Below are positions 1 to 9,696 of a stretch of DNA of 64,000 nt, in pieces. The notes below the pieces were generated by a model, which was given only the letters and a program-made list of their open reading frames with translations, did no database searches and had not been told where the DNA came from. This DNA comes from an uncultured Piscinibacter sp. (lineage in GTDB: Bacteria > Pseudomonadota > Gammaproteobacteria > Burkholderiales > Burkholderiaceae_C): the NCBI RefSeq assembly GCF_937952055.1, contig NZ_CALFYO010000018.1:1194-65193 (forward strand). Direction: 5' to 3'. The position numbers were made by a program, and so were the translations under genes. Positions within the stretch are counted from its first letter, which is position 1, and the number at the start of each line of letters is the position of its first letter.

Positions 1-180
1 CACAAGCCGGAAGACATCAATCAGATGCGCCTGAAGGCCATCCAGCACTTCTTCGAGCACTACAAGGACCTCGAGGCGGGCAAGTGGGTCAAGGTGAAGG
101 GCTGGGAAGGCCCGGAGTCGGCCAAGGCCGAGGTGACCGGCGGCATCGCGGCCTACAAGAAGATCCAGCCGGGCGCCTGA
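1..180 (+). CDS. ppa: inorganic diphosphatase, C-terminal fragment (5' end lies outside the window)
   Basis: Frame-1 translation is HKPEDINQMRLKAIQHFFEHYKDLEAGKWVKVKGWEGPESAKAEV..., ending at TGA 178-180. It matches the conserved C-terminus of family I soluble pyrophosphatases (HFFEHYKDLE.GKWVKV.GW). Confidence 0.85.
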   Translation, partial: HKPEDINQMRLKAIQHFFEHYKDLEAGKWVKVKGWEGPESAKAEVTGGIAAYKKIQPGA

Positions 181-189
181 GACCGTCTG

Positions 190-217
190 GCGGCCGGCAC
201 GGGCCGCGGATCTTTTT
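190..217 (+). terminator. candidate rho-independent terminator after ppa
   Basis: GCGGCC (190-195) pairs with GGCCGC (202-207) around a 6-nt loop. A TTTTT run follows at 213-217, offset a few nt from the stem. Confidence 0.35.
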
Positions 218-268
218 GGACGCGGCGTGCTCCTACACTGCCGTCACCCCGAAGTTCCCGTGCCGACC

Positions 269-2989
269 ATGCTCCGACTCCTACGCGGTCTTGTCCTTCT
301 GTTCGTCAGCCTGCAACTGGGCCTGGCCCAGGCGCAGGCCCTGCCGGCCGGCGTGCGCGCCGTCACCTCGGTCGAGGGCATCGCAGAGTACCGCCTCGAC
401 AATGGGCTGCAACTGCTGCTGGTCGCCGACGATTCGAAGCCGACCACCACGGTCAACCTGACCTATCACGTCGGTTCTCGCCATGAGAACTATGGCGAGA
501 CGGGCATGGCCCACCTGCTCGAGCATCTGATCTTCAAGGGCACGCCGAAGCATCCCAAGGTGTGGGCCGAGTTCGAGAAGCGCGGCCTGCGCGCAAACGG
601 CTCGACCAGCTTCGATCGCACCAACTACACCGCCAGCTTCTCCGCCGACGAGGGCAACCTCGACTGGTACATCGGGTGGCTGGCCGACTCCATGGTCAAC
701 AGCTTCATCGCCCGGCGCGACCTCGACACCGAGATGACGGTGGTGCGCAACGAGATGGAGATGGGCGAGAACAGCCCGCAGCGCATCCTTTACCAGCGCA
801 CTCTGGCGCTGATGTACGACTGGCACAACTACGGCAAGGACGTGATCGGTGCGCGCAGCGATGTCGAGAATGTCGACATCGGTCGGCTGAAGGCGTTCTA
901 CAGGAACTACTACCAGCCGGACAATGCCACGCTCATCGTGTCGGGCAGCTTCGTCACGCAGCGCGTGCTGCAGCGCGTGGCAGCGACCTTCGGCCGACTG
1001 CCGAAGCCCAAGCGCGTGCTGCCCGGGCAGTACACCCTCGATCCGGCGCAGGACGGCGAGCGCAGCGTGACCTTGCGCCGCGTGGGCGGCGCGCCGCTGA
1101 TCTTTGCTGGCTACCACATGCCGCCCGCCGGCGACCCGGACGCGGCGGCGGCCGACCTGCTCGCGCTGGTGCTCGGCGACGCGCCATCGGGCCGGTTGCA
1201 CAAGAGCCTGACCGAGAAGCAGCTCGCCGCAGCCACCTTCGGCGAATCGTTCGACCTGGCCGAGCCCTCGGTGCTGCTGCTCGGTGCCCAACTGCCGCCC
1301 GCGTCGACACCCGACGCGGCCAGGGCGGCAATGCTCGGCACGATCGAGTCCTTCGCCGCCGAGCCGCTCACCGAGACCGAGCTCGAGCGCGCGCGTGCCA
1401 AGTGGCTGAAGCACTGGGAACAGACCTTCAGCAACCCCGAGGCCGTCGGCATGGTGCTGTCGGAGTCGGTGGCGCAGGGCGACTGGCGCATGTTCTTCCT
1501 CGCGCGCGATCGCGTGCGCGAAGCGACGCTCGCGGACGTGCAGCGCGTCGCCACGCAGCGCCTGGTCGCCGACAACCGCACCGTGGCCACCTACCTGCCC
1601 ACCGAGAAGCCGCTGCGCGCGCCGGCGCCACGGCGCGTCGACATGGCCGAGGTGATGCGCGACTTCAAGCCCGCCCAGGCCGCGGCGAAGGTCGAGGCGT
1701 TCGCTGCCACGCCGGCCAACATCGACGCCCGCACGAAGCGCTTCGAGGTCGGCGGCTTGCGCGCCGCCGTGGTGCCCAAGGGCACGCGCGGCCAGGCCGT
1801 GCGCGCCGTGCTGACGCTGCGCTTCGGCGATGCGGCTACCCTTGCGGGCCTCGGCGAGGTGCCCGACTTCACCGCGGCACTGCTCGACAAGGGCACGGCG
1901 ACGATGACGCGCGAGCAGGTGCAGGACCGCCTCGACCAGCTGAAGACGGAGATGGCCTTCCGTGCGTCGCCCGGACAGGTCAGAGTGACGATCTCCTCGC
2001 GCCGGCCGCACCTGTCGGCCGCCATCGCGCTCGCCGGAGAGCTGTTGCGCAGGCCGGCCTTCCCGGCGGAGGCCTTTGGCGAACTGCAGCGCCAGGCGTT
2101 GACCTCGATCGAGTCGCAGCGCAAGGAGCCCGACGCGTTGGCCGAGAATGTGCTCGCCCGCATTGGCAACCCGTACCCGCGCGGCGACGTGCGTTACGCG
2201 CGGACCTTCGACGAGATGGTGGAGGACGTCAATGCGGTCTCGCTGGAGAAGGTGCGGGACTTCCACACGCGCTTTTACGGTGCCGCGCGTGGCGAGTTCG
2301 CGGCGGCGGGCGACCTCGACGTGGCGGAGGTGCGCGCCGCGCTGCAGTCCGCCTTCGGTGACTGGCGCGCCGGCGCGGACTACACGCGCGTGCCGAGGCC
2401 TTTCGTCGCGGTTGCACCGCAGCGACTCGTGCTGGCCACGCCCGACAAGCAGAACGCCACGATGCTGGCAAGACTGCCGCTGCCGCTGTCGGACCGTGAT
2501 GCCGACTACCCGGCGCTGGCGATGGCCAACTACCTGCTCGGCCTGGGAGGCAACTCGCGGCTTTGGAAGCGCATCCGCGAGAAGGAGGGGCTGTCCTACG
2601 ACGTCAACAGCCGTGTCTCATGGAACCCGCACGAGCCGCATTCGGTGTGGCTGGCCAGCGCGATCTTCGCGCCGCAGAACGGCGCCAAGGTCGAGCAGGC
2701 GTTCCGAGAGGAACTGGCGCGAGCGCTGCGCGACGGCTTCACGGCGCAGGAACTGGCCGAGGGCCAGCGGGGCCTGCTGAACTTCCGCCGCCTGTCGCGC
2801 GCGCAGGACGGCAGCATGGCCGCCACGCTGGCGAGCAACCTCGATCTCGATCGCAGCTACGCCCACGCGGCGAAGATCGACGCGGCGATCGCCAAGCTCA
2901 CGCTTTCGCAGGTCAACGCAGCGCTGCGCAAGTACTTGAAGCCCGACGACTTCGTCGTCGTGCTCGCCGGCGACTTCAAGCAGCCTTGA
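269..2989 (+). CDS. M16 (pitrilysin/insulinase) family zinc metallopeptidase, two-domain PqqL-like, secreted
   Basis: Inverted zinc motif HLLEHLIFKG (HxxEH) near the N-terminus. About 900 aa with two M16 halves. The ATG at 269 gives a signal-peptide-like start (MLRLLRGLVLLFVSLQLGLAQAQA). The ORF-track start at 227 is a GTG. Confidence 0.85.
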   Translation: MLRLLRGLVLLFVSLQLGLAQAQALPAGVRAVTSVEGIAEYRLDNGLQLLLVADDSKPTTTVNLTYHVGSRHENYGETGMAHLLEHLIFKGTPKHPKVWAEFEKRGLRANGSTSFDRTNYTASFSADEGNLDWYIGWLADSMVNSFIARRDLDTEMTVVRNEMEMGENSPQRILYQRTLALMYDWHNYGKDVIGARSDVENVDIGRLKAFYRNYYQPDNATLIVSGSFVTQRVLQRVAATFGRLPKPKRVLPGQYTLDPAQDGERSVTLRRVGGAPLIFAGYHMPPAGDPDAAAADLLALVLGDAPSGRLHKSLTEKQLAAATFGESFDLAEPSVLLLGAQLPPASTPDAARAAMLGTIESFAAEPLTETELERARAKWLKHWEQTFSNPEAVGMVLSESVAQGDWRMFFLARDRVREATLADVQRVATQRLVADNRTVATYLPTEKPLRAPAPRRVDMAEVMRDFKPAQAAAKVEAFAATPANIDARTKRFEVGGLRAAVVPKGTRGQAVRAVLTLRFGDAATLAGLGEVPDFTAALLDKGTATMTREQVQDRLDQLKTEMAFRASPGQVRVTISSRRPHLSAAIALAGELLRRPAFPAEAFGELQRQALTSIESQRKEPDALAENVLARIGNPYPRGDVRYARTFDEMVEDVNAVSLEKVRDFHTRFYGAARGEFAAAGDLDVAEVRAALQSAFGDWRAGADYTRVPRPFVAVAPQRLVLATPDKQNATMLARLPLPLSDRDADYPALAMANYLLGLGGNSRLWKRIREKEGLSYDVNSRVSWNPHEPHSVWLASAIFAPQNGAKVEQAFREELARALRDGFTAQELAEGQRGLLNFRRLSRAQDGSMAATLASNLDLDRSYAHAAKIDAAIAKLTLSQVNAALRKYLKPDDFVVVLAGDFKQP

Positions 2990-4172
2990 AGGGACTGCGT
3001 TCGTTGAGTTCGTCGAGGTAGCCCTCGACGCCGGCGCCCTCTCGCGCCAGGAAGTCGGCCACCGCACGTGCGAACTGCGGCTGGGCGAGCCAGTGCGCCG
3101 AGAACGTCTGCACCGGCAGCAGGCCGCGCGCCATCTTGTGCTCCCCCTGGGCGCCACCCTCGAATCGGCGGTAGCCCTGCGCGATGCACCATTGCAGCGG
3201 CTGGTAGTAGCAGGCCTCGAAGTGCAGACAGGGCACGTGCTCGGTGCAACCCCAGTAGCGGCCGAAGGCGATGCGCCGCTCGGGGTCGACAGCGATCAGC
3301 GAGCAGGCGACGCGCTCGGCGCCTCGCCGCGCGACGAACAGCATCCAGTGCCGTGCCATGGTGGCGGCCATGCGGGAGAAGAAGTCGCGCGTCAGGTAGG
3401 GCGTGGAGTGGTGGGCGCGATATGTGAGCGTGTAGCAGCGGTAGAAGTAGTCCCAGTCCGCGCTGCCGATCGCCTCGCCCTGCAGGGTCTCGAAGACGAT
3501 GCCAGCCTCCGCGACGCGGCGCCGTTCCTGCTGGATCTTCTTGCGCTTCTCGCGCTGCAGGCTGGCGAGGAAGGCGGCGAAGTCGCAGTACGGGGCCTCG
3601 GCCGGATTGCACCAGTGGAACTGGATGGAACTGCGCAACATCCAGCCCTCGTGCGCCGCCGCCTCGCGGTCGGGTTCGTCGAAGAAGAGCAGGTGCGCCG
3701 ACGACAAGTCCTGCCGGCGCGCCAATTGCTGAATGGCGCGCAGCAGGAGTCGGCGGTCGGCCGGCTCGCGCGCGAGCAGTCGGGCGCCCGGCACCGGCGT
3801 GAACGGCACGGCATCGAGCAACTTCGGGTAATACACGAGGCCATGGCGCTGGTAGGCGTCGGCCCAGGCCCAGTCAAACACGTACTCGCCGTAGGAGTGC
3901 GACTTCAGGTAGAGCGGGCAGGCGGCGACGAGCTCGCCGCGCCGCTGCACCACGATGAAGCAGGGCTGCCAGCCGGTGGCGGCCGTTGCACTGCCGGAGG
4001 CGTGCAGCGCGTGCAGGTACTCGTGCCGGAGAAAAGGGTTCGCGCCGCGCTGTGTTTCGAGCAACCCATTCCATGCCGTGGCATCGATGCGGTCCGGCCC
4101 GTCGAGGACCCGAATGACATAATCTCCCGAGCCCTCGTCGAGGCCCGCGTCCTCCTGCGTTCTGCCCCGCAT
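2976..4172 (-). CDS. FemAB-like / GNAT-fold N-acetyltransferase family protein (DUF482-type)
   Basis: 398-aa ORF with high GC3 and an ATG start. The sequence (..ANPFLRHEYLHALHASGSA.., ..LLFFDEPD.., ..EGGAQGEHKMARG..) matches my recollection of the PF04339 FemAB_like family. Its 3' end overlaps the convergent M16 gene by 14 nt. Confidence 0.7.
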   Translation of the reverse strand: MRGRTQEDAGLDEGSGDYVIRVLDGPDRIDATAWNGLLETQRGANPFLRHEYLHALHASGSATAATGWQPCFIVVQRRGELVAACPLYLKSHSYGEYVFDWAWADAYQRHGLVYYPKLLDAVPFTPVPGARLLAREPADRRLLLRAIQQLARRQDLSSAHLLFFDEPDREAAAHEGWMLRSSIQFHWCNPAEAPYCDFAAFLASLQREKRKKIQQERRRVAEAGIVFETLQGEAIGSADWDYFYRCYTLTYRAHHSTPYLTRDFFSRMAATMARHWMLFVARRGAERVACSLIAVDPERRIAFGRYWGCTEHVPCLHFEACYYQPLQWCIAQGYRRFEGGAQGEHKMARGLLPVQTFSAHWLAQPQFARAVADFLAREGAGVEGYLDELNERSPFKAA

Positions 4173-5846
4173 ATGTCAGTCCAACCCCCGGTGAAGGTGG
4201 CACTCGCACAGATCAACGTGACGGTGGGCGACATCGCCGGCAACGCGCAGCGCATCGTCGACTTTTCGCGTCGCGCCCACGCCGAAGGGGCGCAGTTGGT
4301 GCTGTTCCCGGAGCTGAGCCTGTGCGGATACCCGCCGGAGGACCTGCTGCTGCGCCCGGCGTTCATGCGGTCCTGCGCCGAGGCGCTGTCGGCCTGCGCG
4401 AAGGCGCTGGCGGATCTCGAGGGCTTGCACGTGGTGGTGGGGCATCCGCATCAGTTCGGCGATCGGGGGGATGTTAGGTCGAAGTCGGTGGCCGTGCAGA
4501 AGCGCTACAACGCCGCCTCGGTGCTCGCAGGGGGACGGGTCGCCGCCACCTACTGCAAGCGCGAACTGCCCAACTACCAAGTCTTCGACGAGCGACGCTA
4601 CTTCGCCTCCGGCCGCGACGCGGCGCAGCCGCCGGTGGTGTTCGAGGTCGGCGGCACGCGCTTCGCGCTGCTGATCTGCGAGGACGCCTGGTTCGACGAG
4701 CCGGCGGCTGCAGCCAAGGCTGCCGGTGCCCAGACGCTGTGCGTGCTCAATGCCTCGCCGTTCCACCTCGGCAAGCTCGCCGAGCGCCAAGAGCGCATGG
4801 CCGAGCGTGCCCGCAGTGTCGGCTTGCCCCTGCTCTACTCGCACCTGACCGGTGCGCAGGACGAGGTGGTGTTCGACGGCGCGTCGTTTGCGCTCGACGC
4901 CCGGGGCGCCGTGGGCGCGCGCGCGCCGATGTTCGAGGAGGCGCTCACCCTCGTCGAGGTCGCGGGCGCGCAGGTGCGCGGCACCATGGCCGAAGTCCCA
5001 TGCCTCGAGGCGCAGGCCTGGTCGGCACTGGTCACCGGCGTGCGCGACTATCTCGGCAAGAACGGCTTTCCCGGCGCGATCATCGGCCTGTCCGGCGGCA
5101 TCGATTCGGCGCTCGTGCTGGCGCTCGCGGTCGATGCGCTCGGTGCGGAGAAGGTGCGTGCGGTGATGATGCCGTCGCCGTACACCGCGGACATCTCGGT
5201 GATCGATGCGAAAGACATGGCGCGACGTCTGGGCGTGCGCTACGACGAGATTTCCATCGTGCCGATGTTCGATGCCTTCCGCGCCAGCCTCGCCGCGGAG
5301 TTCGCCGGTCTACCCGAGGACGCTACCGAAGAGAATATCCAGGCGCGCATCCGCGGCACGCTGCTGATGGCGCTGTCCAACAAGTTCGGCGCCATCGTGC
5401 TGACCACCGGCAACAAGAGCGAGATGGCCACCGGCTACTGCACGCTCTACGGCGACATGGCCGGCGGCTTCGCCGTCATCAAAGACGTGGCGAAGACGTT
5501 GGTGTACCGCTTGGCGAACTGGAAGAACGCGCAGGGTTCGGAGGTGATTCCCAGCCGCATCATCACGCGTCCGCCGTCGGCGGAACTGCGGCCGGACCAG
5601 GTCGACCAGGACAGCCTGCCCCCCTACGAGGTGCTCGACGCCATCCTGGAACGCTACATGGAGGACGACCAGTCGATCGAGCAGATCGTCGCGGCGGGTT
5701 TCGATCCGGCCGACGTCGAGCGCGTCACCCGGCTCATCAAGGTCAACGAGTACAAGCGCCGCCAAGCCCCGGTGGGAATTCGCATCACCCACCGCGCCTT
5801 CGGGAGGGACTGGCGCTATCCCATCACGTCGAAGTTCCGCGCTTAA
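4173..5846 (+). CDS. nadE: glutamine-dependent NAD+ synthetase (N-terminal CN-hydrolase domain plus C-terminal NAD synthetase domain)
   Basis: MSVQPPVKVALAQINVTVGDIAGNA..LVLFPELSLCGYPPEDLL is a nitrilase-type glutaminase domain. GLSGGIDSALV is the PP-loop (SGGxDS) of the synthetase domain. An alternative GTG start at 4191 gives MKVALAQ. Confidence 0.9.
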   Translation: MSVQPPVKVALAQINVTVGDIAGNAQRIVDFSRRAHAEGAQLVLFPELSLCGYPPEDLLLRPAFMRSCAEALSACAKALADLEGLHVVVGHPHQFGDRGDVRSKSVAVQKRYNAASVLAGGRVAATYCKRELPNYQVFDERRYFASGRDAAQPPVVFEVGGTRFALLICEDAWFDEPAAAAKAAGAQTLCVLNASPFHLGKLAERQERMAERARSVGLPLLYSHLTGAQDEVVFDGASFALDARGAVGARAPMFEEALTLVEVAGAQVRGTMAEVPCLEAQAWSALVTGVRDYLGKNGFPGAIIGLSGGIDSALVLALAVDALGAEKVRAVMMPSPYTADISVIDAKDMARRLGVRYDEISIVPMFDAFRASLAAEFAGLPEDATEENIQARIRGTLLMALSNKFGAIVLTTGNKSEMATGYCTLYGDMAGGFAVIKDVAKTLVYRLANWKNAQGSEVIPSRIITRPPSAELRPDQVDQDSLPPYEVLDAILERYMEDDQSIEQIVAAGFDPADVERVTRLIKVNEYKRRQAPVGIRITHRAFGRDWRYPITSKFRA

Positions 5847-6218
<372 letters not shown>

Positions 6219-6230
6219 GCCGGTGCCCCG

Positions 6231-6818
6231 TCAAATGCGACCGTAATCGTCCGGTGCGGTGGCCTGCGGGGCAAGCCGTGCCACGGCATCGAGCAGGTCG
6301 GCGGGCCGAGTAGCGATCTGCAGCAATGCATGCTGCGGATCCGACACGAAGCCCTGGGCCACGGTCTGCTCCAGGAATCCGAGCAGGCCGTCGTAGTAGC
6401 CGTCGACGTTGAGCAGTCCGACTGGCTTGTCGTGATAACCGAGTTGTCGCCAGGTCCAGACCTCGAAAAGCTCTTCGAAGGTGCCGATGCCGCCGGGCAG
6501 GGCGACAAAGGCATCGCTGCGTTCGGCCATCAGCAGCTTGCGCTGGTGCATCGTCTCCACCACATGCAGCTCGGTCAGGCCGGCATGCCCGACTTCTCGC
6601 TCCATCAGCGAGCGTGGAATGACACCGACGACTCGCGCGCCCGCGGCCAACGCGGCATCGGCCACCCGGCCCATCAGCCCGGCGCGACCGCCGCCATAGA
6701 CCAGCTGCCAGCCGCGCTGTCCGATGGCCGTGCCGATGGCTGCGGCGGCTTCAGCGTAGGCAGGGCTGCCGCCCTCGCGCGAGCCGCAGTAGACGCACAG
6801 CGACAGGCGCGCGGTCAT
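6231..6818 (-). CDS. LOG family / TIGR00730 Rossmann-fold protein (putative nucleotide 5'-monophosphate nucleosidase)
   Basis: PGGIGTFEE motif and GGGRAGLMG. The start at the internal ATG ([13 protein letters not shown]..) overlaps the dgkA stop as ATGA. Confidence 0.85.
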   Translation of the reverse strand: MTARLSLCVYCGSREGGSPAYAEAAAAIGTAIGQRGWQLVYGGGRAGLMGRVADAALAAGARVVGVIPRSLMEREVGHAGLTELHVVETMHQRKLLMAERSDAFVALPGGIGTFEELFEVWTWRQLGYHDKPVGLLNVDGYYDGLLGFLEQTVAQGFVSDPQHALLQIATRPADLLDAVARLAPQATAPDDYGRI

Positions 6819-7201
6819 GCTGCCGGCCCGAAGCGCTGCCACAACGCCGCGACCCAGATGCCACCGCACAGCAGCAGCGACAGCATGACGGCCGCGCTGG
6901 CGAGGTCCTTGGCACGCTTGGACAGATCGTGCATCTCGTAGGAAATGCGGTCGATGGCCGACTCGATGCCGGAATTGAGCAATTCGACGATCAGCACCAG
7001 CATCACCGAGCCGGCGAGCATCGCCACTTCGATCCAGCTGCGCCCCAGCCAGAGCGCTGCGGGCAACATCACGGCGGCGAGCCAGAACTCCTGGCGGAAT
7101 GCGCTTTCGCCCCGGTAGGCCGCAAGGAGTCCGTCAAGCGAATACACGGTGGCGCGCACGATGCGATGCAGTCCTGTGCGCCCCTTGTGAGGATTGGTCA
7201 T
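6815..7201 (-). CDS. dgkA: diacylglycerol kinase
   Basis: 128 aa starting at the ATG at 7201: [55 protein letters not shown].. This is typical of the small integral-membrane DgkA. Confidence 0.85.
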   Translation of the reverse strand: MTNPHKGRTGLHRIVRATVYSLDGLLAAYRGESAFRQEFWLAAVMLPAALWLGRSWIEVAMLAGSVMLVLIVELLNSGIESAIDRISYEMHDLSKRAKDLASAAVMLSLLLCGGIWVAALWQRFGPAA

Positions 7202-7223
7202 GGAGGCGGATTCTGCCTCGGGC

Positions 7224-7748
7224 TCAGCGTTTCGGCGGCGGTTTCCAGTGCACCAACTGCGTCCCGCAGGCGGCGTCGTGCCAGAACTGCCGCTGCGGAT
7301 GAAGCAGCGCGAGCATGGCATAGCCGACCACGCCGGTGAGCAGCACGATGGTGATGGCAGCGCCGCTCTTCAGGTCACCCATCCACAGAGCGAGCAGGGC
7401 AGGCACGAACCACAACCAGCTCAGCAGGTAGCGCAGCAGCGCGCGCGCCTCGGTGACGGGCTGGCCACGTCGATCGACGAGCCGAATGTGCCAGGCTTTC
7501 ATCGCCACCGTCTGGCCGCCGTGCGACCAGAACCATACGAAATAGATGCCGAGGACGACAAACAGGAATGCCTGCAATCCGTGCCGACCGCTCAGGGCGT
7601 GGCGTTGCTGGGTCAGGCTGGAGAACAGGTAGCCCGCGATCATCACCACCCCGAACAGCAGCACGCCTTCGTAGAGGAAGCAGGCCATGCGCCGCCACAG
7701 GCCCGGTGCATGCAACTCGCCCGGGGGGTCCGATTCCGTTGCGCTCAC
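7224..7748 (-). CDS. RDD family membrane protein
   Basis: Has an N-terminal ..GLWRRMACFLYEGVLLFGVV.. and multiple TM segments. The GTG start at 7746-7748 overlaps the TGA of the upstream gene (GTGA). The rest of the 370-aa track ORF is out-of-frame overlap with the DUF3106-like gene. Confidence 0.7.
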   Translation of the reverse strand: MSATESDPPGELHAPGLWRRMACFLYEGVLLFGVVMIAGYLFSSLTQQRHALSGRHGLQAFLFVVLGIYFVWFWSHGGQTVAMKAWHIRLVDRRGQPVTEARALLRYLLSWLWFVPALLALWMGDLKSGAAITIVLLTGVVGYAMLALLHPQRQFWHDAACGTQLVHWKPPPKR

Positions 7749-8548
7749 CGCCGGCTTGCCGGCGACGAGGGCGGCGTGATTGCGGCCGCGCCCTGCGCGC
7801 CCCGCTGCGGCAACAGCGTCTGCTTGTCCACGAAGCCGGGCGTCGCCGCAATCTTCGGCAGGCCGGGCTGCTGGTGCGTCGGCGGTGCGGGCCGCTTCGA
7901 GATCAGGGACGTGGTGGCGCCGGGTGCGCCCTGAACCACCGACGGCCCGATGGGCCTGGGTGATCCGGCGTAGGATGGATTCGGCACGATGTTGGACTTG
8001 GACTGCACGGCGTCGCGCGACGATGGCGGCGGGCGCCGGGAACTCTCGGCACTGCGGGCGGCCGGTGCTGCTCCGGGGGCGGCGCGCGCCGCCAGTCGGC
8101 TGCGCTGCTCGGGCGTCAACGCCTGGTAGGCCTTCCATCGTGCCTGACGTTCCTCGGCCGTCAACTGGCGGGCAGACTGGAAGTTCATCCGGGCTTGACC
8201 ACGCTGGCTGGGTGACATCTTCACCCACTCGGCCATGCGCCCCGAGATGCGCTGCTGCTCGGCAGGCGGCAGGCTCGGGTAGCGCGCCACGATCTCCAGC
8301 CACTTCTGCTTGCCGGACGCGTCGATGCTCGACCACTCACGTTCGAGCGGCTTGAGCGCTGCACGCTGCGACGGCGAGAGATCCTGCCAACCGGGGCCAC
8401 TTTCCGCGCCAGCCACGACGGGCACCCGTCCGGCCACCTTGTGTTGTGCCTGCGCGGCGCCTGCTGCCCACGCGCCGACGGCCGCGAAGACGCACAGGAG
8501 CAGCGCGCGAGGTACCGACCAAGTGCAATGATGGCGCAGAGGGCTCAC
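7745..8548 (-). CDS. secreted DUF3106-like protein with repeated L(S/T/P)xxQR helices
   Basis: Signal peptide ..ALLLCVFAAVGAWAAGAAQA. Repeats: LSPSQRAALKPLEREW, LPPAEQQRISGRMAEW, MSPSQRGQARMNF, LTAEERQARWKAY, LTPEQRSRL, followed by a Pro/Ser-rich tail. GTG start with a GAGGG Shine-Dalgarno overlapping the stop of the upstream gene. Confidence 0.65.
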   Translation of the reverse strand: MSPLRHHCTWSVPRALLLCVFAAVGAWAAGAAQAQHKVAGRVPVVAGAESGPGWQDLSPSQRAALKPLEREWSSIDASGKQKWLEIVARYPSLPPAEQQRISGRMAEWVKMSPSQRGQARMNFQSARQLTAEERQARWKAYQALTPEQRSRLAARAAPGAAPAARSAESSRRPPPSSRDAVQSKSNIVPNPSYAGSPRPIGPSVVQGAPGATTSLISKRPAPPTHQQPGLPKIAATPGFVDKQTLLPQRGAQGAAAITPPSSPASRR

Positions 8549-8557
8549 CGCCGACCC

Positions 8558-8995
8558 TCAGTCCCGAGGTGTCTTGAGGAACTCGACGAAGCCGGCGTCG
8601 TTGTAGGCGGCCGGTGGCAGGTCGTCTGCCAGCAGTTCCGCGTCGATCTGGGCCGCTGCCGAGATCTGCGCTTCGGTGTGCCACTGGCTGATCAACAGCA
8701 GGCCTCCCGCCAGGGCAATCAGCGGCAGCAGCGAGCCGAGCCGAACCCACCAGCCACCGTCGCCTCCCAGCAGCGCCGAGCCGGAAGCACTCACGGCGAC
8801 GACCGGACGTTCGTCGGCCGTGCGGACGGCCTGGGCTCGCGCGACGGCCTTCTCTCGCGCGAAACGCAACCGCTCAGCGATGTCGGCGTCGAGGGCTTCG
8901 GCACGCTCGCTCAGTCGGGCGGCGATCCGGAAGGCGACGCGGGCTTCCCGGGCCTCCTGGGCGGTCTGATAGACGCTGGTGTTCGAGTTCTTCAC
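8558..8995 (-). CDS. DUF3619-like single-pass membrane protein (candidate anti-sigma factor)
   Basis: About 145 aa from GTG 8993-8995, which overlaps the sigma-factor TGA (GTGA). One TM segment (WWVRLGSLLPLIALAGGLLLISQW) and a short C-terminal tail. Its position directly after the ECF sigma gene supports the call. Confidence 0.6.
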   Translation of the reverse strand: MKNSNTSVYQTAQEAREARVAFRIAARLSERAEALDADIAERLRFAREKAVARAQAVRTADERPVVAVSASGSALLGGDGGWWVRLGSLLPLIALAGGLLLISQWHTEAQISAAAQIDAELLADDLPPAAYNDAGFVEFLKTPRD

Positions 8996-9558
8996 GGTGT
9001 AATTCCCTTTGCCTGCAGGGACTTGGCCAAGGCGTGCACTGCTCTGGAGCAATGTGTCTTGACGCTTCCCTCCGAACAACCCATCACCTGGGCGGTTTCG
9101 GCGACATCGAGCTCCTCCCAGTAACGCAGCACGAATGCCTCTCGTTGACGGCCGGGCAACTGCTGGACTTCCTCTTCGATGAGCAGCAGGATCTGAGCCC
9201 GGGACACCGAGTCGGCAGCGCTCTCCGTCCGGCTGGAGCCGTCGAGCGCCTCCAGGGTATCCAGGATGTTGAAGTCTGCGTCCTCATCGGCGCCCTCGAA
9301 ATCCGAGAAATTCCGCACATAGGCGTTGCGCACCTTCTGGCGCCGAAACCAGTCCATCGTGGCGTTGGACAGGATGCGCTGGAAGAGCAGGGGCAGTTCG
9401 GCGGCCGGCCGGTCGATGTACTTTTCCGCCAGGCGGATCATCGAGTCCTGGACGATGTCGAGCGCGGCATCGTCATCCCGAACGGCATAGGCGACGCGCT
9501 TGAAGGCGCGCTTCTCTGCGCTCTTGAGGAAGTCGGCGAGTTCGGTGTCGGATGCCAA
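8992..9558 (-). CDS. ECF-type RNA polymerase sigma-70 family factor
   Basis: Region 2 is DIVQDSMIRLAEKY..LLFQRILSNATMDWFRRQ. Region 4 is REAFVLRYWEELDVAETAQVMGCSEGSVKTHCSRAVHAL. The preferred start is TTG 9556-9558 (LASDTELADFLK..), with GAGG 9 nt upstream. An alternative ATG start lies at 9660. Confidence 0.8.
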   Translation of the reverse strand: MASDTELADFLKSAEKRAFKRVAYAVRDDDAALDIVQDSMIRLAEKYIDRPAAELPLLFQRILSNATMDWFRRQKVRNAYVRNFSDFEGADEDADFNILDTLEALDGSSRTESAADSVSRAQILLLIEEEVQQLPGRQREAFVLRYWEELDVAETAQVMGCSEGSVKTHCSRAVHALAKSLQAKGITP

Positions 9559-9696
9559 GGGCAGGCGCCTCGATGGGGGGCCCGAAGGGACGCGCGGGAT
9601 TATGTCATCGCACCCATTTGCCACGGCTGGCGCGCGGGCCGGTGTGCAAACAGATGTCATAATGCTGCTTTGCACAACAGCTGGGTCATGAGCTGG

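Noticed and set aside
281-2266. 661-aa minus-strand ORF antisense to the M16 peptidase gene. Similar very long alternative-frame ORFs occur across the window: 562-2361 +, 14213-17713 +, 20006-21838 -, 29232-31370 -, 44864-47128 -, 52870-54759 -, 59321-60574 -, 61948-63876 -.
   Set aside because: They are Arg/Ala/Gly/Pro/His-rich with no recognisable motifs. Each fully overlaps a gene with clear family signatures in another frame. Stop codons are rare in off-frames of DNA this GC-rich, so these ORFs are expected artefacts.
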